A DNA stretch of 64,000 nucleotides from NCBI GenBank assembly GCA_963775425.1, contig CAVZJB010000016.1, positions 1,120,001-1,184,000 of the forward strand, read 5' to 3'. Shown piece after piece: positions 22,062 through 34,400 of this stretch (positions are counted from its first letter, which is position 1; each line of letters opens with the position of its first letter). The position numbers were made by a program, and so were the translations under genes. The notes beneath the pieces are model-generated. The model worked only from the letters and a program-made list of their open reading frames with translations, searched no databases and had not been told where the DNA came from. Origin of the DNA: an uncultured delta proteobacterium. GTDB taxonomy: Bacteria; Myxococcota; UBA727; VGSZ01.

Positions 22062-24278
22062 ATGGCGAAACGGCGGCGGCGCGTCCCGCCACGGAGACCG
22101 GGACAGCCTGCGCTCGCGCCGGCACCGCCTTCGGGCTCGGCCAAGCGGGTCGTGCTCGTGCTCGCCGTCCTGTTCGCCGTCGGCCTGGCCGTGGGCGCAG
22201 GCGTGTCGTTCCTCGTCGACGTGCCCCCGCTCTTCGCCGCCGACCGCGCCCGCTTCGACCTCGCCCGCGACACCGGCGGCGCGCTCGCCGACGCGGCCTC
22301 CCTCGCCGACGGCGGCGATCCCGCGCTCTTCGCCCCCGCGGCGCTCGCCGGCGCTCTCCTCGTGAGCGATCACGTGGGCGGCGCCGACGAGGAGAAGCGG
22401 GCGGACGCGCGTTTGAGGACCACCCTCACCTTCGTGCGTGAAGCGCCCGAGGCCCTCTACGCGCGCGCGCTCCTCGCGCGGCTCGGCGTCGCCGACGCGG
22501 CCGTCGACGACGACATCGGCAAGCGCGCCGACAAGCTCGCAGACAACGCCTGGTGCTTGCTCGCCAGGAGCACGCGCGCGTGGGACCGCGGCGACCGCGA
22601 CGAGGCCGTCCGGCTCGCGCGGCGCGCCGCGCTCGGACCGGGGGCGCCGGTGCGGGCGCAGGTGGAGCTCGCGCGCGAGTCCATCGCGCAAGGCGCTGTC
22701 GACGAGGCTGGAGCGCTCGCCGCGCACGTCGAGCGCGAGCACCCCGGGCACGTGCAAGCGCGCATCGCCGGCATCCTCGCCGCCGTGATCGACGACGCGC
22801 GCGAGGAGACGCCGCAGGAGCGCTCCCTCAAGCTGCGGCGGGTGAAGCACCGCGCGGCAGAGCGGGGTGCGGCGCCGCGGCCAGGCCAGGCCCACGACGA
22901 CGACAGCGCGGCGCTCGCCCTGTGGCACACCGCGCCCGAGCAGGCGGCCATCGACGCGCTCGACAGCGTCGACGCCCGCGACGCCCCCGTGCTCGCGCTC
23001 GTCCTCGAGGTCTTCGCCGCCGGCCGCGGCGACGACGCGCTCGCCTCCGAGATGAAGAGCCGCGTGATCCCGGGCGCCGCCTCGTCGGCGGTGCTGGCGG
23101 CGCGACAGGCGGAGCTGTCGATCGCCCTGGGGGACACCGCGGCCGCCGAAGAGCTCCTCACGCGGGCGCTCGAGGAGAACCCCGACAACACCGCGCTGCT
23201 CCTCGACCGCGCCCGCCTGAGGTCGCTCACCGCGCTCAGCGACGAGGAGATCCACCGCCGCGCGGGGGCGTTCAAGAAATCCATCGGCACCGACGCCGTC
23301 GCCCTGCCCTTCGCCCGCGCGGTCATCAATCCGTTCGGCCTCGGTGGCGTCCCCTTTCGCTTCGAGCCCGACCCGGGCGTCATCCCGGAGGCCGAGTTGG
23401 CGGCGGCGCTGTCGTCGAAGGACGTGCAGAAGAAGCTCGACGTCGCGGTCTTCGTCCACAAGGGCTCGACGGCGCTTGGCCGCGGCGACGTTCCGGGCGC
23501 CGCCGACGCCGTCGCTCGCGCGAGAGAGAAGGCCGCCGGCGACCCCGACGTGTTGCTCCTCGACGCGCGCGTGAAGCAGCGGCAGGGTGATCGCGACGGC
23601 GCGCGCCAGGCGGTCGACGCCGCCGTCGAACGCGGCAAGGACGACGCGCACGTATTGCTGGCGGCGGCGCGCATTCACTACGACAACGAGGACTTCATCC
23701 CCGCGCGCAAGGTGCTCGCGCGGCTGCGTGCCCTCGGCTTCAAGAGCCCGGCGGCGCTCGCGCTCGGCGCCATGCTCGAGGCGCGCAGCGGCGACGCCCG
23801 GGCGGCGCAGGCGCTCCTGGCCGAGGCCAAGGACATCGGCGCCGGCAACGTCGAGATCGTGAAGGCCGAGGTCCTCATCCTCCGCGACGGCGACAATCTC
23901 GGCGCAGTCCGCGCGGCGGCGGATCACCTCCTCGCCGTCGACGGCCTGCGCACGAGCGACCCCATCCTCCGCTCATGGGAGGCCGACTCCGCCGCCCGCG
24001 CCGGCGACACGCTGCGCGCGCAGGCGGTGCTCGAGGACGTCATCGCTTCACGCGAAAACCTCGCCGACGCACATCTGTTGCTCGGCTCCATCCAGGCCGG
24101 CACCGACGAGAGCGCGGCCCGCGCCAGCTTCGAGCGCGCGGAGAAGCTGGCGCCGGGGAGCGCCGTCGCCTCGGAGGCCTCACGCCGTCGCGCGACGCTC
24201 AAGGGCGGCGGCGAGGCGGAGCGGCAGCCACCGCCGAAGCAGCGGCCGCGCCGACTGCCGCGAAAGCGAGGACGCTGA
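22062..24278 (+). CDS. Membrane-anchored TPR-repeat protein
   Basis: Basic N-terminus, TM VVLVLAVLFAVGLAVG, TPR-like helices (AEELLTRALEENP, AHLLLG, FERAEKLAP). Confidence 0.75.
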   Translation: MAKRRRRVPPRRPGQPALAPAPPSGSAKRVVLVLAVLFAVGLAVGAGVSFLVDVPPLFAADRARFDLARDTGGALADAASLADGGDPALFAPAALAGALLVSDHVGGADEEKRADARLRTTLTFVREAPEALYARALLARLGVADAAVDDDIGKRADKLADNAWCLLARSTRAWDRGDRDEAVRLARRAALGPGAPVRAQVELARESIAQGAVDEAGALAAHVEREHPGHVQARIAGILAAVIDDAREETPQERSLKLRRVKHRAAERGAAPRPGQAHDDDSAALALWHTAPEQAAIDALDSVDARDAPVLALVLEVFAAGRGDDALASEMKSRVIPGAASSAVLAARQAELSIALGDTAAAEELLTRALEENPDNTALLLDRARLRSLTALSDEEIHRRAGAFKKSIGTDAVALPFARAVINPFGLGGVPFRFEPDPGVIPEAELAAALSSKDVQKKLDVAVFVHKGSTALGRGDVPGAADAVARAREKAAGDPDVLLLDARVKQRQGDRDGARQAVDAAVERGKDDAHVLLAAARIHYDNEDFIPARKVLARLRALGFKSPAALALGAMLEARSGDARAAQALLAEAKDIGAGNVEIVKAEVLILRDGDNLGAVRAAADHLLAVDGLRTSDPILRSWEADSAARAGDTLRAQAVLEDVIASRENLADAHLLLGSIQAGTDESAARASFERAEKLAPGSAVASEASRRRATLKGGGEAERQPPPKQRPRRLPRKRGR

Positions 24279-26687
24279 ATGGCGCACGACTTCAACGACC
24301 GCATCCTGCGCGCGTTCGTGGAGCGGACGTTCGACCTCGTCACGCTCACGGACGCCGAATCCGCGCCTGTGTTCGTGAGCCCCTCGAGCAGCACCATCCT
24401 CGGCTACACGCCCGACGAGGTGGTCGCGGTCGGCCTCCGCCAGCTCGTTCACCCAGACGAGCGCTCTCAGCTCGCCGACTTGTACAAGCGCCTCCTCGCG
24501 GAGCCCGAGCGGCCCGTCTCGTTCATGTATCGCATGCGTCACAAGCAGGGCGGCTTCCGCGTGCTCGAGGCCGTCGCGCAAAACCTCCTCGACGCTCCCG
24601 GGCTGAACGCGGTGGTGGTCCAGGCGCGCGACGTCACCGCCACCGCGGAGAACGCCGACGCGCTCATCATGAGCGAGGCGCGCTTCCGCGCCCTCGCCGA
24701 GCGCGGCGGCGACGGCTTCTCCATCTGCGACCCGAGCGGCTCCGTCCTCTACCGCAACGACGGCGCGCGCATCGTCCTCGGCTACAGCGACACCGACGTC
24801 TCCGCGCGCATCACGATGTCGCGCCTGCACCCCGAGGACGTCGAGGTGTGGAACGCCGCGTGGGAGCGCACCGTCGCCGAGCCGGGCCACGTCGAGCGCG
24901 TCGAGTACCGCATGCGGCATCGCGACGGCCGCTACCGGACCCTGCAGGCCATCTTCACCAACCGCAACGACGACGCCGCCGTCGGCGGCATCGTCATCAA
25001 CTACCGCGACGTCACCGACCTCGCCACCGCGCGGCGCGACGCCGAGACCAGGGCGGCTCGGCAAAAGGCGTTGGCGGAGCTCGGCATCTTCGCCGTGTCC
25101 GCGTCCACGGTGAAAGACGTCGACGAAAAGGCGGTGGACCGGGTCCTCGAGATGCTCCACCTCGACGCCATCGACGTCGTGGAGCGCAACGACGGCTCCG
25201 ACGAGCTCGCCGTGGTCGCCGCGCGCGCCACCGCCGGCGGCGCCCGCACCTACGCGCCCGGCCTCGACAGCCCCGTCGGCTACGCGCTGCTCCACGGCGG
25301 TGCGTTCTTCGTCGACGACCTCACCGCCGAGACGCGCTTCCGCGCGCTCCCGCTCATCGCCGACGGGTACACGCGCTGCGTCGCCGCGCTCATCCACGGG
25401 ACGCCGGCACCGTGCGGCGTGCTCGTCGGGTACCGCAAGCGGGGCAAGCCGTTCACCGACGACGACGCGCACATGCTCCAGGCCGTCGCCAACCTCGTCG
25501 GGGCCAAGCGCCGCGAGGCGGGCGCCCGCGCCGACCTCGAGCGCGCCGAGCAGCAGCTCCGCGTATCCCAGAAGATGGACGCGGTGGGGCGCCTCGCCGC
25601 CGGCGTGGCCCACGACTTCAACAACCTGCTCGTCGGCGTGCTCGGCTACACGTCGCTGCTCGCCGAGCGGCTCAAGGACGATGCGGACGGCCTCGCCGAC
25701 GTCGAGGAGATCCGCCAGGCGGGCGAGCGCGCCGCCGCGCTCACCAAGCAGATCCTGGCGTTCTCCCGACAGCAGGTGCTCAAGCGCGAGCACGTCGACA
25801 TGAACGCGCTCGTCCAGGGGCTGACCAACCTGCTGCGCCGGGTGATGCGCGACGACGTGGCCCTCGACTTCATCCCCGGTCACCAGCTCGGGCTCATCTA
25901 CGGCGACGCGCGCCAGCTCGAGCAGGTCCTGATGAACCTCGCCGTCAACGCCGGCGACGCCATGCCCGGCGGAGGGCGCTTCACCGTCGAGACCACCAAC
26001 GTCGTCATCAACGGCGAGTACGTGCGCGCGCACCCCGACGCCAAGCCCGGCCGCTACGTCCTGCTCACGGTGAGCGACACCGGCTCGGGCATGCCCTCGG
26101 ACGTGGCGGAGAAGGTCTTCGAGCCGTTCTTCACCACCAAGGAGGTCGGGCGCGGCACCGGCCTCGGCCTCGCCACGGTGCACGGCATCGTCTTGCAGCA
26201 CGGCGGCATGATCAACGTGTACTCCGAGGTCGCGCGCGGCACGGTGTTCAAGATCTACCTGCCCATCGTCGAGCGGCGCGCGAGCGTCATCGAGCGCTCC
26301 GCGCCCGCCATCGCCGGCAAGGGCCACGAGACCGTGCTGCTCGCCGACGACGACGACCTCGTCCGCCGCGTCACCAAGGCCGTCCTCGAGCGCGCGGGCT
26401 ATCGCGTGCTCGCCGCCGAGGACGGCGCCCGCGCGCTCGCCCTGTGGAACGACATGAAGGCCGAGATCGATCTCGTGCTGCTCGACGTCGTCATGCCCGA
26501 GCTGTCTGGCCCCGCCGTCCTCGAGCGCATCCGCGCGGAGAGGCCCGGGGTGCGCTTCCTGCTCGCGTCGGGCTACAGCTCCTGGGCGGTGAGCCAGAGC
26601 GACCCCGAGATCGCCGCCCGCGCCATCCAGAAGCCCTACGACCCCGACGAGCTCATGCGCCGCGTGCGCGCCGCGCTCGACGAATGA
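24279..26687 (+). CDS. Hybrid sensor histidine kinase (PAS-PAS-GAF-HisKA-HATPase-REC)
   Basis: PAS motifs VHPDE and LHPED; AHDFNNLL; NLAVNA; DTGSGM; FFTTK; GTGLGL; receiver LLDVVMP...KPY. Confidence 0.95.
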   Translation: MAHDFNDRILRAFVERTFDLVTLTDAESAPVFVSPSSSTILGYTPDEVVAVGLRQLVHPDERSQLADLYKRLLAEPERPVSFMYRMRHKQGGFRVLEAVAQNLLDAPGLNAVVVQARDVTATAENADALIMSEARFRALAERGGDGFSICDPSGSVLYRNDGARIVLGYSDTDVSARITMSRLHPEDVEVWNAAWERTVAEPGHVERVEYRMRHRDGRYRTLQAIFTNRNDDAAVGGIVINYRDVTDLATARRDAETRAARQKALAELGIFAVSASTVKDVDEKAVDRVLEMLHLDAIDVVERNDGSDELAVVAARATAGGARTYAPGLDSPVGYALLHGGAFFVDDLTAETRFRALPLIADGYTRCVAALIHGTPAPCGVLVGYRKRGKPFTDDDAHMLQAVANLVGAKRREAGARADLERAEQQLRVSQKMDAVGRLAAGVAHDFNNLLVGVLGYTSLLAERLKDDADGLADVEEIRQAGERAAALTKQILAFSRQQVLKREHVDMNALVQGLTNLLRRVMRDDVALDFIPGHQLGLIYGDARQLEQVLMNLAVNAGDAMPGGGRFTVETTNVVINGEYVRAHPDAKPGRYVLLTVSDTGSGMPSDVAEKVFEPFFTTKEVGRGTGLGLATVHGIVLQHGGMINVYSEVARGTVFKIYLPIVERRASVIERSAPAIAGKGHETVLLADDDDLVRRVTKAVLERAGYRVLAAEDGARALALWNDMKAEIDLVLLDVVMPELSGPAVLERIRAERPGVRFLLASGYSSWAVSQSDPEIAARAIQKPYDPDELMRRVRAALDE

Positions 26688-26706
26688 CGCCGCGCGCGCC
26701 GCGCGC

Positions 26707-28374
<1,668 letters not shown>

Positions 28375-28442
28375 GGGCGCGGTCATAGCGGCAAGCCGAC
28401 CGCCGCGCCAGAGCAGGCTCCGGGGCTCAGCGACCGAGCGGC

Positions 28443-28853
28443 TCAGGTCTCGTCGTCGGTGGTGATGATGCTCGACGTCGGCCGCGGGCGACGCTCGGTG
28501 TGCTCTTCCCGCGTCTCGGACTCCACCAGGCTGGTTCCCACCGACGGCGGCGGCGGCGGCTTCGGCACCCGCCGCTCCACCTCCTGGAGCGCCCGCACCG
28601 CCGCGGTGAGGAAGGTGATGGCGCGGCCCGCCCAGGTCTTCCCGTATCCGCCGACGTCGGCCTCGGCCGCTTTGCGCGCGGCGTAGAAGTCGGGCTCTTC
28701 GAGGAGTGACTGTGCGGCGGTCGCGTCGTCGGCCTCGGCGATCTCGCGGGCGCGGACGGCGAGCCAAGACAGCTTGCGCGGGAACGACCCCTGGTCGTCG
28801 AGCCACTCGATCTCGTCGGCGAGCCGGCGGAATGCGTCGGCCAAGACGCTCAT
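28443..28853 (-). CDS. Hypothetical protein
   Basis: ATG 28853 in ATGA overlap with the upstream gene; helical N-terminal part, disordered tail. Confidence 0.6.
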   Translation of the reverse strand: MSVLADAFRRLADEIEWLDDQGSFPRKLSWLAVRAREIAEADDATAAQSLLEEPDFYAARKAAEADVGGYGKTWAGRAITFLTAAVRALQEVERRVPKPPPPPSVGTSLVESETREEHTERRPRPTSSIITTDDET

Positions 28854-29480
28854 GACGGCGATTGTAGCGCGTCGATGCGCAGCTTGCGGAAGTGCACGAC
28901 GGAGCCGGGGTAGTGCGCCTGCAAGCCGAACAGCGGCCCGTCGGCGGGGGCGTCGTCGACGGACGCCGAGGGGACGCCGTCGATGGCGGCGCCCACGTGG
29001 GAGCCGCGGGCGACGGCGTCGATGGTGAACCATGCGCCGAAGGGCGGGATGGGCGCCTTGCCGCGGGCGCGGCCGTACAGGGAGCCTGTGGGGTTCCTCG
29101 GGTCGCTGGGATCGATCTGCACCTCGACGCCGTCCGGAAAGAAGATGCCCGCCTTGGCCCGCAGGAAAACGCCGCTGTTGCCGCCGTCTTCGACGTTGGC
29201 CTCGACGTGAACGCGGTAGTCGGCGCCGGCGAGGGCGACGACGATGGCGCCGGGGCCGCCGACGAGGGTGACGCCGTCGTCCTCCCAGCGCGCCTCGCAG
29301 CCGCCGCCCTCCACGCGCCACCAGGTCTTCAGAATCGGCGAAGGTGAGCGGCGCGTCGCCGTGGAGCGGCACGCGATCGTCGGGGACGGCCACGCACCCC
29401 CCGCACACGGCGGCGGCCCAGACGGCGGCGCAGGCGGCGCTGGCGGCGGCGCTGACGGGGGTGGGCGACGACGAGCGCAT
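28850..29480 (-). CDS. DUF1080 (3-keto-disaccharide hydrolase-like) lipoprotein (+1 frameshift at 29332-29336)
   Basis: [25 protein letters not shown] and VHFRKLRI motifs. Removing one base gives LTFADLKTWWRV, attaching a signal peptide ending GGC. Confidence 0.8.
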
Positions 29481-29644
29481 GCCCGCGCGTCGCACGCCCT
29501 CCCGCCCGCGGCAAGCCGGCGCAGGGCCGCGACCACGGGGCTCCGCCCCGTCCAGGCGGCGATCCGGACGACGGCCGCGACGGCGCCGGTCGCGTCGTGG
29601 ACTCCCTCCTCGCGCGCGACCCGCGTTGAAACTAGATTCGAGGG

Positions 29645-30739
29645 ATGAGCCCCCTCGACGAGCTGAAGCTCTTGTTGAAGCCCGCCGGCGGCGGGCTTTA
29701 CCTCGTCTCCACGGGGAAAGCGGAACAGCAGGCGCTGCAGCGGCGCTTCTACGACGCCGCCACCGACGAAGACGTCACCGCCCGCTTCCACGCCACGCTC
29801 GACAAGATCCCCGACGCGCGCGCGGTGATCCTCGGGGTGCCCTCCGACGTCGGCGCGGGCTTTCGCCGCGGCGCCAACCTCGGGCCACAGTCCATCCGGC
29901 TGCGCCTCCTGCAAGACGAGCCGCGCTGGGCGCAGCTCCTCGCCGAGCGCGGCGTGGTCGACATCGGCGACGTGTTCGTTGTCCCGCAGCTCCTCTCCGA
30001 CAATCTGCTCTCGCCCCCGGCGCTCGCCCGGGTCCAGCGCGCGCTGTACCCCGACGTCGACGACGCCGTCCGCGCGGCGCTGCCGGCGTCGCCGCTGTCC
30101 ATCGCCGAGCGCGCGGTGGCCCTCGTGAAGAAGCTCAACCCGCGCGCCCGGGTGCTGATGCTCGGCGGCGACCACTCCACGGCGTGGCCGGTGGTGAAGG
30201 CGCTCCACGACGCCGGCGACCGCTTCTGCATCGTGCAGATCGACGCCCACACGGACCTCATGGCGGAGCGGCTCGGCATCCCCATCTGCTTCGCGACGTG
30301 GACGTTCCACGCCAACGAGCTCCTCGGCAGGAACAAGCGGGTCATCCAGCTCGGCATCCGCGCCACGCGCTTCGACAAGGCCCACTGGGAGAGCACGTGC
30401 GACGTCGTGCAAATCTGGGCCGCGGACGCCCTCGCCGACCCCGACAAGGCGCTCGACGACGTCGTGTCCGCCGCCAAGGCGACGGGGCTGCCGGTCTATT
30501 TCAGCAACGACATCGACGGCACCGACTCCGCCGACGCCGACGCCACCGGCACGCCTGAGCCCGCGGGACTCCCCGTCGACATGGTGCGCAAGCTCATCGG
30601 GCGGCTCGGGCGCGAGGTCGGCCTCGTGGGCGGCGACGTCGTCGAGGTGGCCCCGCTCCTGGGGCGGGACGGCGGCCGCCGCACCCTCGAGGTCGCGAGC
30701 CTCTATCTTCGCGACACCCTCGCGGCCGTCGTCGAGTAG
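29645..30739 (+). CDS. Arginase/agmatinase (ureohydrolase) family protein
   Basis: GANLGPQSIR, GGDHS, DAHTD, DIDGTD, TGTPEPAGL and DVVEVAP motifs. Confidence 0.9.
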   Translation: MSPLDELKLLLKPAGGGLYLVSTGKAEQQALQRRFYDAATDEDVTARFHATLDKIPDARAVILGVPSDVGAGFRRGANLGPQSIRLRLLQDEPRWAQLLAERGVVDIGDVFVVPQLLSDNLLSPPALARVQRALYPDVDDAVRAALPASPLSIAERAVALVKKLNPRARVLMLGGDHSTAWPVVKALHDAGDRFCIVQIDAHTDLMAERLGIPICFATWTFHANELLGRNKRVIQLGIRATRFDKAHWESTCDVVQIWAADALADPDKALDDVVSAAKATGLPVYFSNDIDGTDSADADATGTPEPAGLPVDMVRKLIGRLGREVGLVGGDVVEVAPLLGRDGGRRTLEVASLYLRDTLAAVVE

Positions 30740-30748
30740 ACTCGAAGG

Positions 30749-31423
30749 ATGGCCCCGAAACGCCCGATCGACTCCGACTCGACGGTGCTCGCCCCACGTC
30801 CCGAGATGACGGACGACGCGGGCCACGTCGAGGAAGTCGACTCGGGGATGGTCTTCGAGGACGCCAGCGAGGAGCTCACCACGTCGGGGGGCCGCGCGCG
30901 GCGCGAGCGGCGCGACAACACCTCCGACGTCTCGCTCATCGAAGCCAGGAGCGAGATGGCGCCGGCGCCGTCCCTCGAGGGCTTCGATGCGCCCCCGACC
31001 AACGCGTTCGGCGACGGCCCCCTCGGCGACGACGCGTACAACCCTCCCACCGAGGTGCTCCGGCTCGCCTTCTCCGACCCCGGATCCGATCCCATCGAGG
31101 ACGAGGACGAGGAGCCGGTGGAGGTGAAGAAGTGGAAGATGGGCGCCGACGACGCCCGCGGCCCCGGCGGCGGGCGCCCGGACGTCTTCACGCTCCCGCG
31201 AGCCGACCTGGCCGGCACCCGCGTCGACGAGGCGGCGCAGCCGGGCGCGCCGCCGCGGCTCGATCTGGACGAGCTGCGCCGCACCATCGAGGAGGCGGAG
31301 AAGCTCATGCGCACCCTCAAGAGCCAGCTCGCGGGGATGGATCTCGAGGCGCGGGGCACGAACGCGCAGGTGGCGGCGGTCCTGCATCGCCTCGGTGAGG
31401 CGCTCGCGATGCTCAAGAGGTAG
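30749..31423 (+). CDS. Acidic disordered protein with C-terminal coiled coil
   Basis: D/E/P/T-rich N-terminal two-thirds; heptad-like LDELRRTIEEAEKLMRTLKSQL. Confidence 0.7.
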   Translation: MAPKRPIDSDSTVLAPRPEMTDDAGHVEEVDSGMVFEDASEELTTSGGRARRERRDNTSDVSLIEARSEMAPAPSLEGFDAPPTNAFGDGPLGDDAYNPPTEVLRLAFSDPGSDPIEDEDEEPVEVKKWKMGADDARGPGGGRPDVFTLPRADLAGTRVDEAAQPGAPPRLDLDELRRTIEEAEKLMRTLKSQLAGMDLEARGTNAQVAAVLHRLGEALAMLKR

Positions 31424-31432
31424 TGTGCGGCC

Positions 31433-34400
31433 GTGCCGTCGATGCCCCAGCAAATCGGCAAGTTCCACGTCCTCGCCGAGCTCGGCCGGGGCGGAATGGG
31501 CATCGTCTACAAGGTGAAGGACGGCAGGTCGGGGCAGCTCTCCGCGCTGAAGATGATTCCGCCGGAGGCGCTCGTGCGCCCGGACAGCGCGCTGCGCTTC
31601 AAGCGCGAGTTCCGCGCGATGCAGCGCGTGGAGCACCCGAACGTCATCCGCGTCTTCGAGGCCGGCACCCACGAGAGCTGTCCGTTCTTCACCATGGAGC
31701 TCGTCGAAGGGAAGGACATCCGCCACTACCTCGACGGCGACGACCCCGTCGTCTCCAGCGGCAAGGATCCGCCGCCCGCCGGCACCCTCACCGACCGACA
31801 ACGCGCGCGCCTCAACGATCCGGTGCGCATCAAGAAGCTCGCCGACGCCATGGTGCAGGTGGCGTACGCGCTGGCGGAGATCCACTCGCACCGCATCGTC
31901 CACCGCGACCTCAAGCCGGACAACATCATGGTGTCCAAGGCGGGCGTCGTGAAGCTGATGGACTTCGGCATCGCCAAACAGCTCTCGGGTCCGTCGGAGC
32001 ACTCGAGCGGCGGCATGGTCGTCGGCACGTTCAAGTACCTCTCGCCGGAGCAGGCGCTCGGCGCCGACGTCGACGGCCGCGCCGACCTCTACTGCCTCGG
32101 CATCATCCTGTACGAGCTCCTGGCCGGGCGGCACCCGTTCTACTCGGAGAACTCCGTCGGCTACGCCTACCACCACGCGCGCAAGCAACCGCCGGACGTC
32201 GCGCGCTTCAACCCCGAGGTGCACAAGGGGCTGAAGGCGGTGTGCGAACGCCTGATCAAGAAGGACCCTCGCGAGCGGTTCCCCACGGCCGACGACGTCA
32301 TCGTCGCCATCCGCGAGGCGATGGACGGCTTCGTCGAGGAGATGAGCCAGAAGCTGCGGCCGATGCCCAAGGGCAAGGAGCTGCCCTTCGAGCTCGCCAA
32401 GGACCAGCTCTTCGCGCCGTCGCTGGTCGGGCGGGCGGCGGAGCAAAAGACGCTGTTGTCGGCGGCGGAGCAGTTGCTCGCCGGACGCGGCGCCGTCGTC
32501 GCCGTCACCGGCAAGAAGGGCATCGGCAAGACGCGGCTGGTGCGCGAGGTGGGCGGCCAGGCAAAGGCGCGCAACATCGACTTCCTCTGGGGCGCGTGCC
32601 CGCAGCAGGGCGGGCTGCCGTACCAGCCGTACGTCGACGTCCTCGACCAGCTCATCCAGACCGCCGCCGACAACTACGCCTCCGACGAGCTCAAGCGCCT
32701 GCTCGGCGACGAGGGGCGCGTGCTCGCGCGCTATGTGCCGGCCATCGACAGGCTCGAGGCCGACGTGCGGCCGCGGCCGGCGCCGGCGCTCAATCCGCAG
32801 GGCGAGAAGGTGCGCTTCCTGTCCGCGGTCACCGCGTTCCTCGGCCGATGCGCGGCCGCGCAGCCTCGTGTCATCGTCATCGACGACCTGCACCACGCCG
32901 ACGAGCTGTCGCTGCAGCTCACGCGTTACCTCACGGAGACGCTCGCGCGCAGCGAGCCGGCGAGCGAGGGGCCGGCCACGCGCTTCTCGCCGCTGGCGCT
33001 CGTCTTCACCCTCGATCCCGCGGACACGCAGGCGGAGGAGGCGCGGGCGCTCCTGTCCAAGCTTTCGCAGGAGCGCGCGTTTTCGAGCCTCGCCCTGCCC
33101 GCGCTGTCGCCCGTCGAGGTGCAGGAGATGCTCGCCTCGATGATCGGCGGCGGCGAGGTCGCCCAGGCGCTCGCCGACTACCTCCACCACGAGACGGAGG
33201 GCGTGCCCGGACAAGTCGAAGAGCGCGTGCGCGCCTGGGCGGAGTCCGGCGAGCTGCGCCGCAAGGGACGCCAGTGGGTGCTCATCAAGCCCAACGCAAA
33301 GCCGAAGAGGCCGCCCGTTGCAGCCGCGGCCGTGGCGCCGGCGCCCGGCCGTCCCGATCCGTTCGACGACGCGCCTTTGAGCTCTCCCGTCGAGGTCGTC
33401 GAGGTGCGCGCGGCCACCCGCGCCGACATCCCCATCCCCGTCATCGGGGAGAGCCCCAACGACAAGCGCATCGCGCGCCTGTCACCCATCGCGCGCGACG
33501 TCGCCGAGCGCATGGCGGTGGCCGGCGACCGCGTGCCGGGCTCGTTGCTCGAGCGGGTCGCCCTGCGCACCGAGGATGAGCTGCTCGACGCGCTCGACGA
33601 GCTCATCAAGCGCGAGATCATCGCCGAGGACAAGGGCGAGGCGTACTTCAGCTTCGCCGACGTCGATGACCGCGACGCCCTCATGCGCGCGCTGCCGGCG
33701 GATCGCCGCCAACACCTGCACCTGCTCGTGGCCCGCGCCATCGAGGAGGACGCCAAGCGTCACAAGCGCAAGGTGAACCCCGAGGAGCAGGCGCACCACT
33801 ACCTCGAGGGCGGCGACACAGTGAGCGCGCTCGAGCAGCTCATGCAGGCCGCGCGCGTCTCGCTCGCCGCGAGCGCCACGCAGTCCGCCGCGCAGCGCGT
33901 GGGCGAGGCGCAGGAGCTCGTGCAAAAGGAGCTGAAGGCGCGGCCGCTCGACGCCGCCCTCATCCGCTGCGACGTCGAGCTCGTGCTCCTGCGCCTCGAC
34001 GTGCTCGCGGCGGTGAACATCCACACCGACTGCGTGTCGCTGGCCAAGCGCCGCCTGCCCAAGCTGCGCGGCGCCGTGGACACGCGCCTGGTGTGCGAGT
34101 GCCTTCTGCGGCTCGCCGCGAGCGAGCGCATCCTCGGCGACCTCGACGCCGCCCTCGAGCACGTCGGCGAGGTCCTCGCCACCACCGAGCGCGGCGGGAA
34201 CCACGCGCTGCGCTGCCGCGCCAAGAGCCTGTGCGGGATGATCTACGAGCAGCGCGGTCAGTTCGACCTCAGCGAGCGCTACTACGCCGACGCGCTCGAG
34301 CTCGCCCGCGCCATCGGCGACGAGCTCGAGGAGGAGCGCGCCCGCGGCGCCGTCGCCAACCGCCACCTGCTCGCCGGCGATCTGCGCGCGGCGCGCGCGG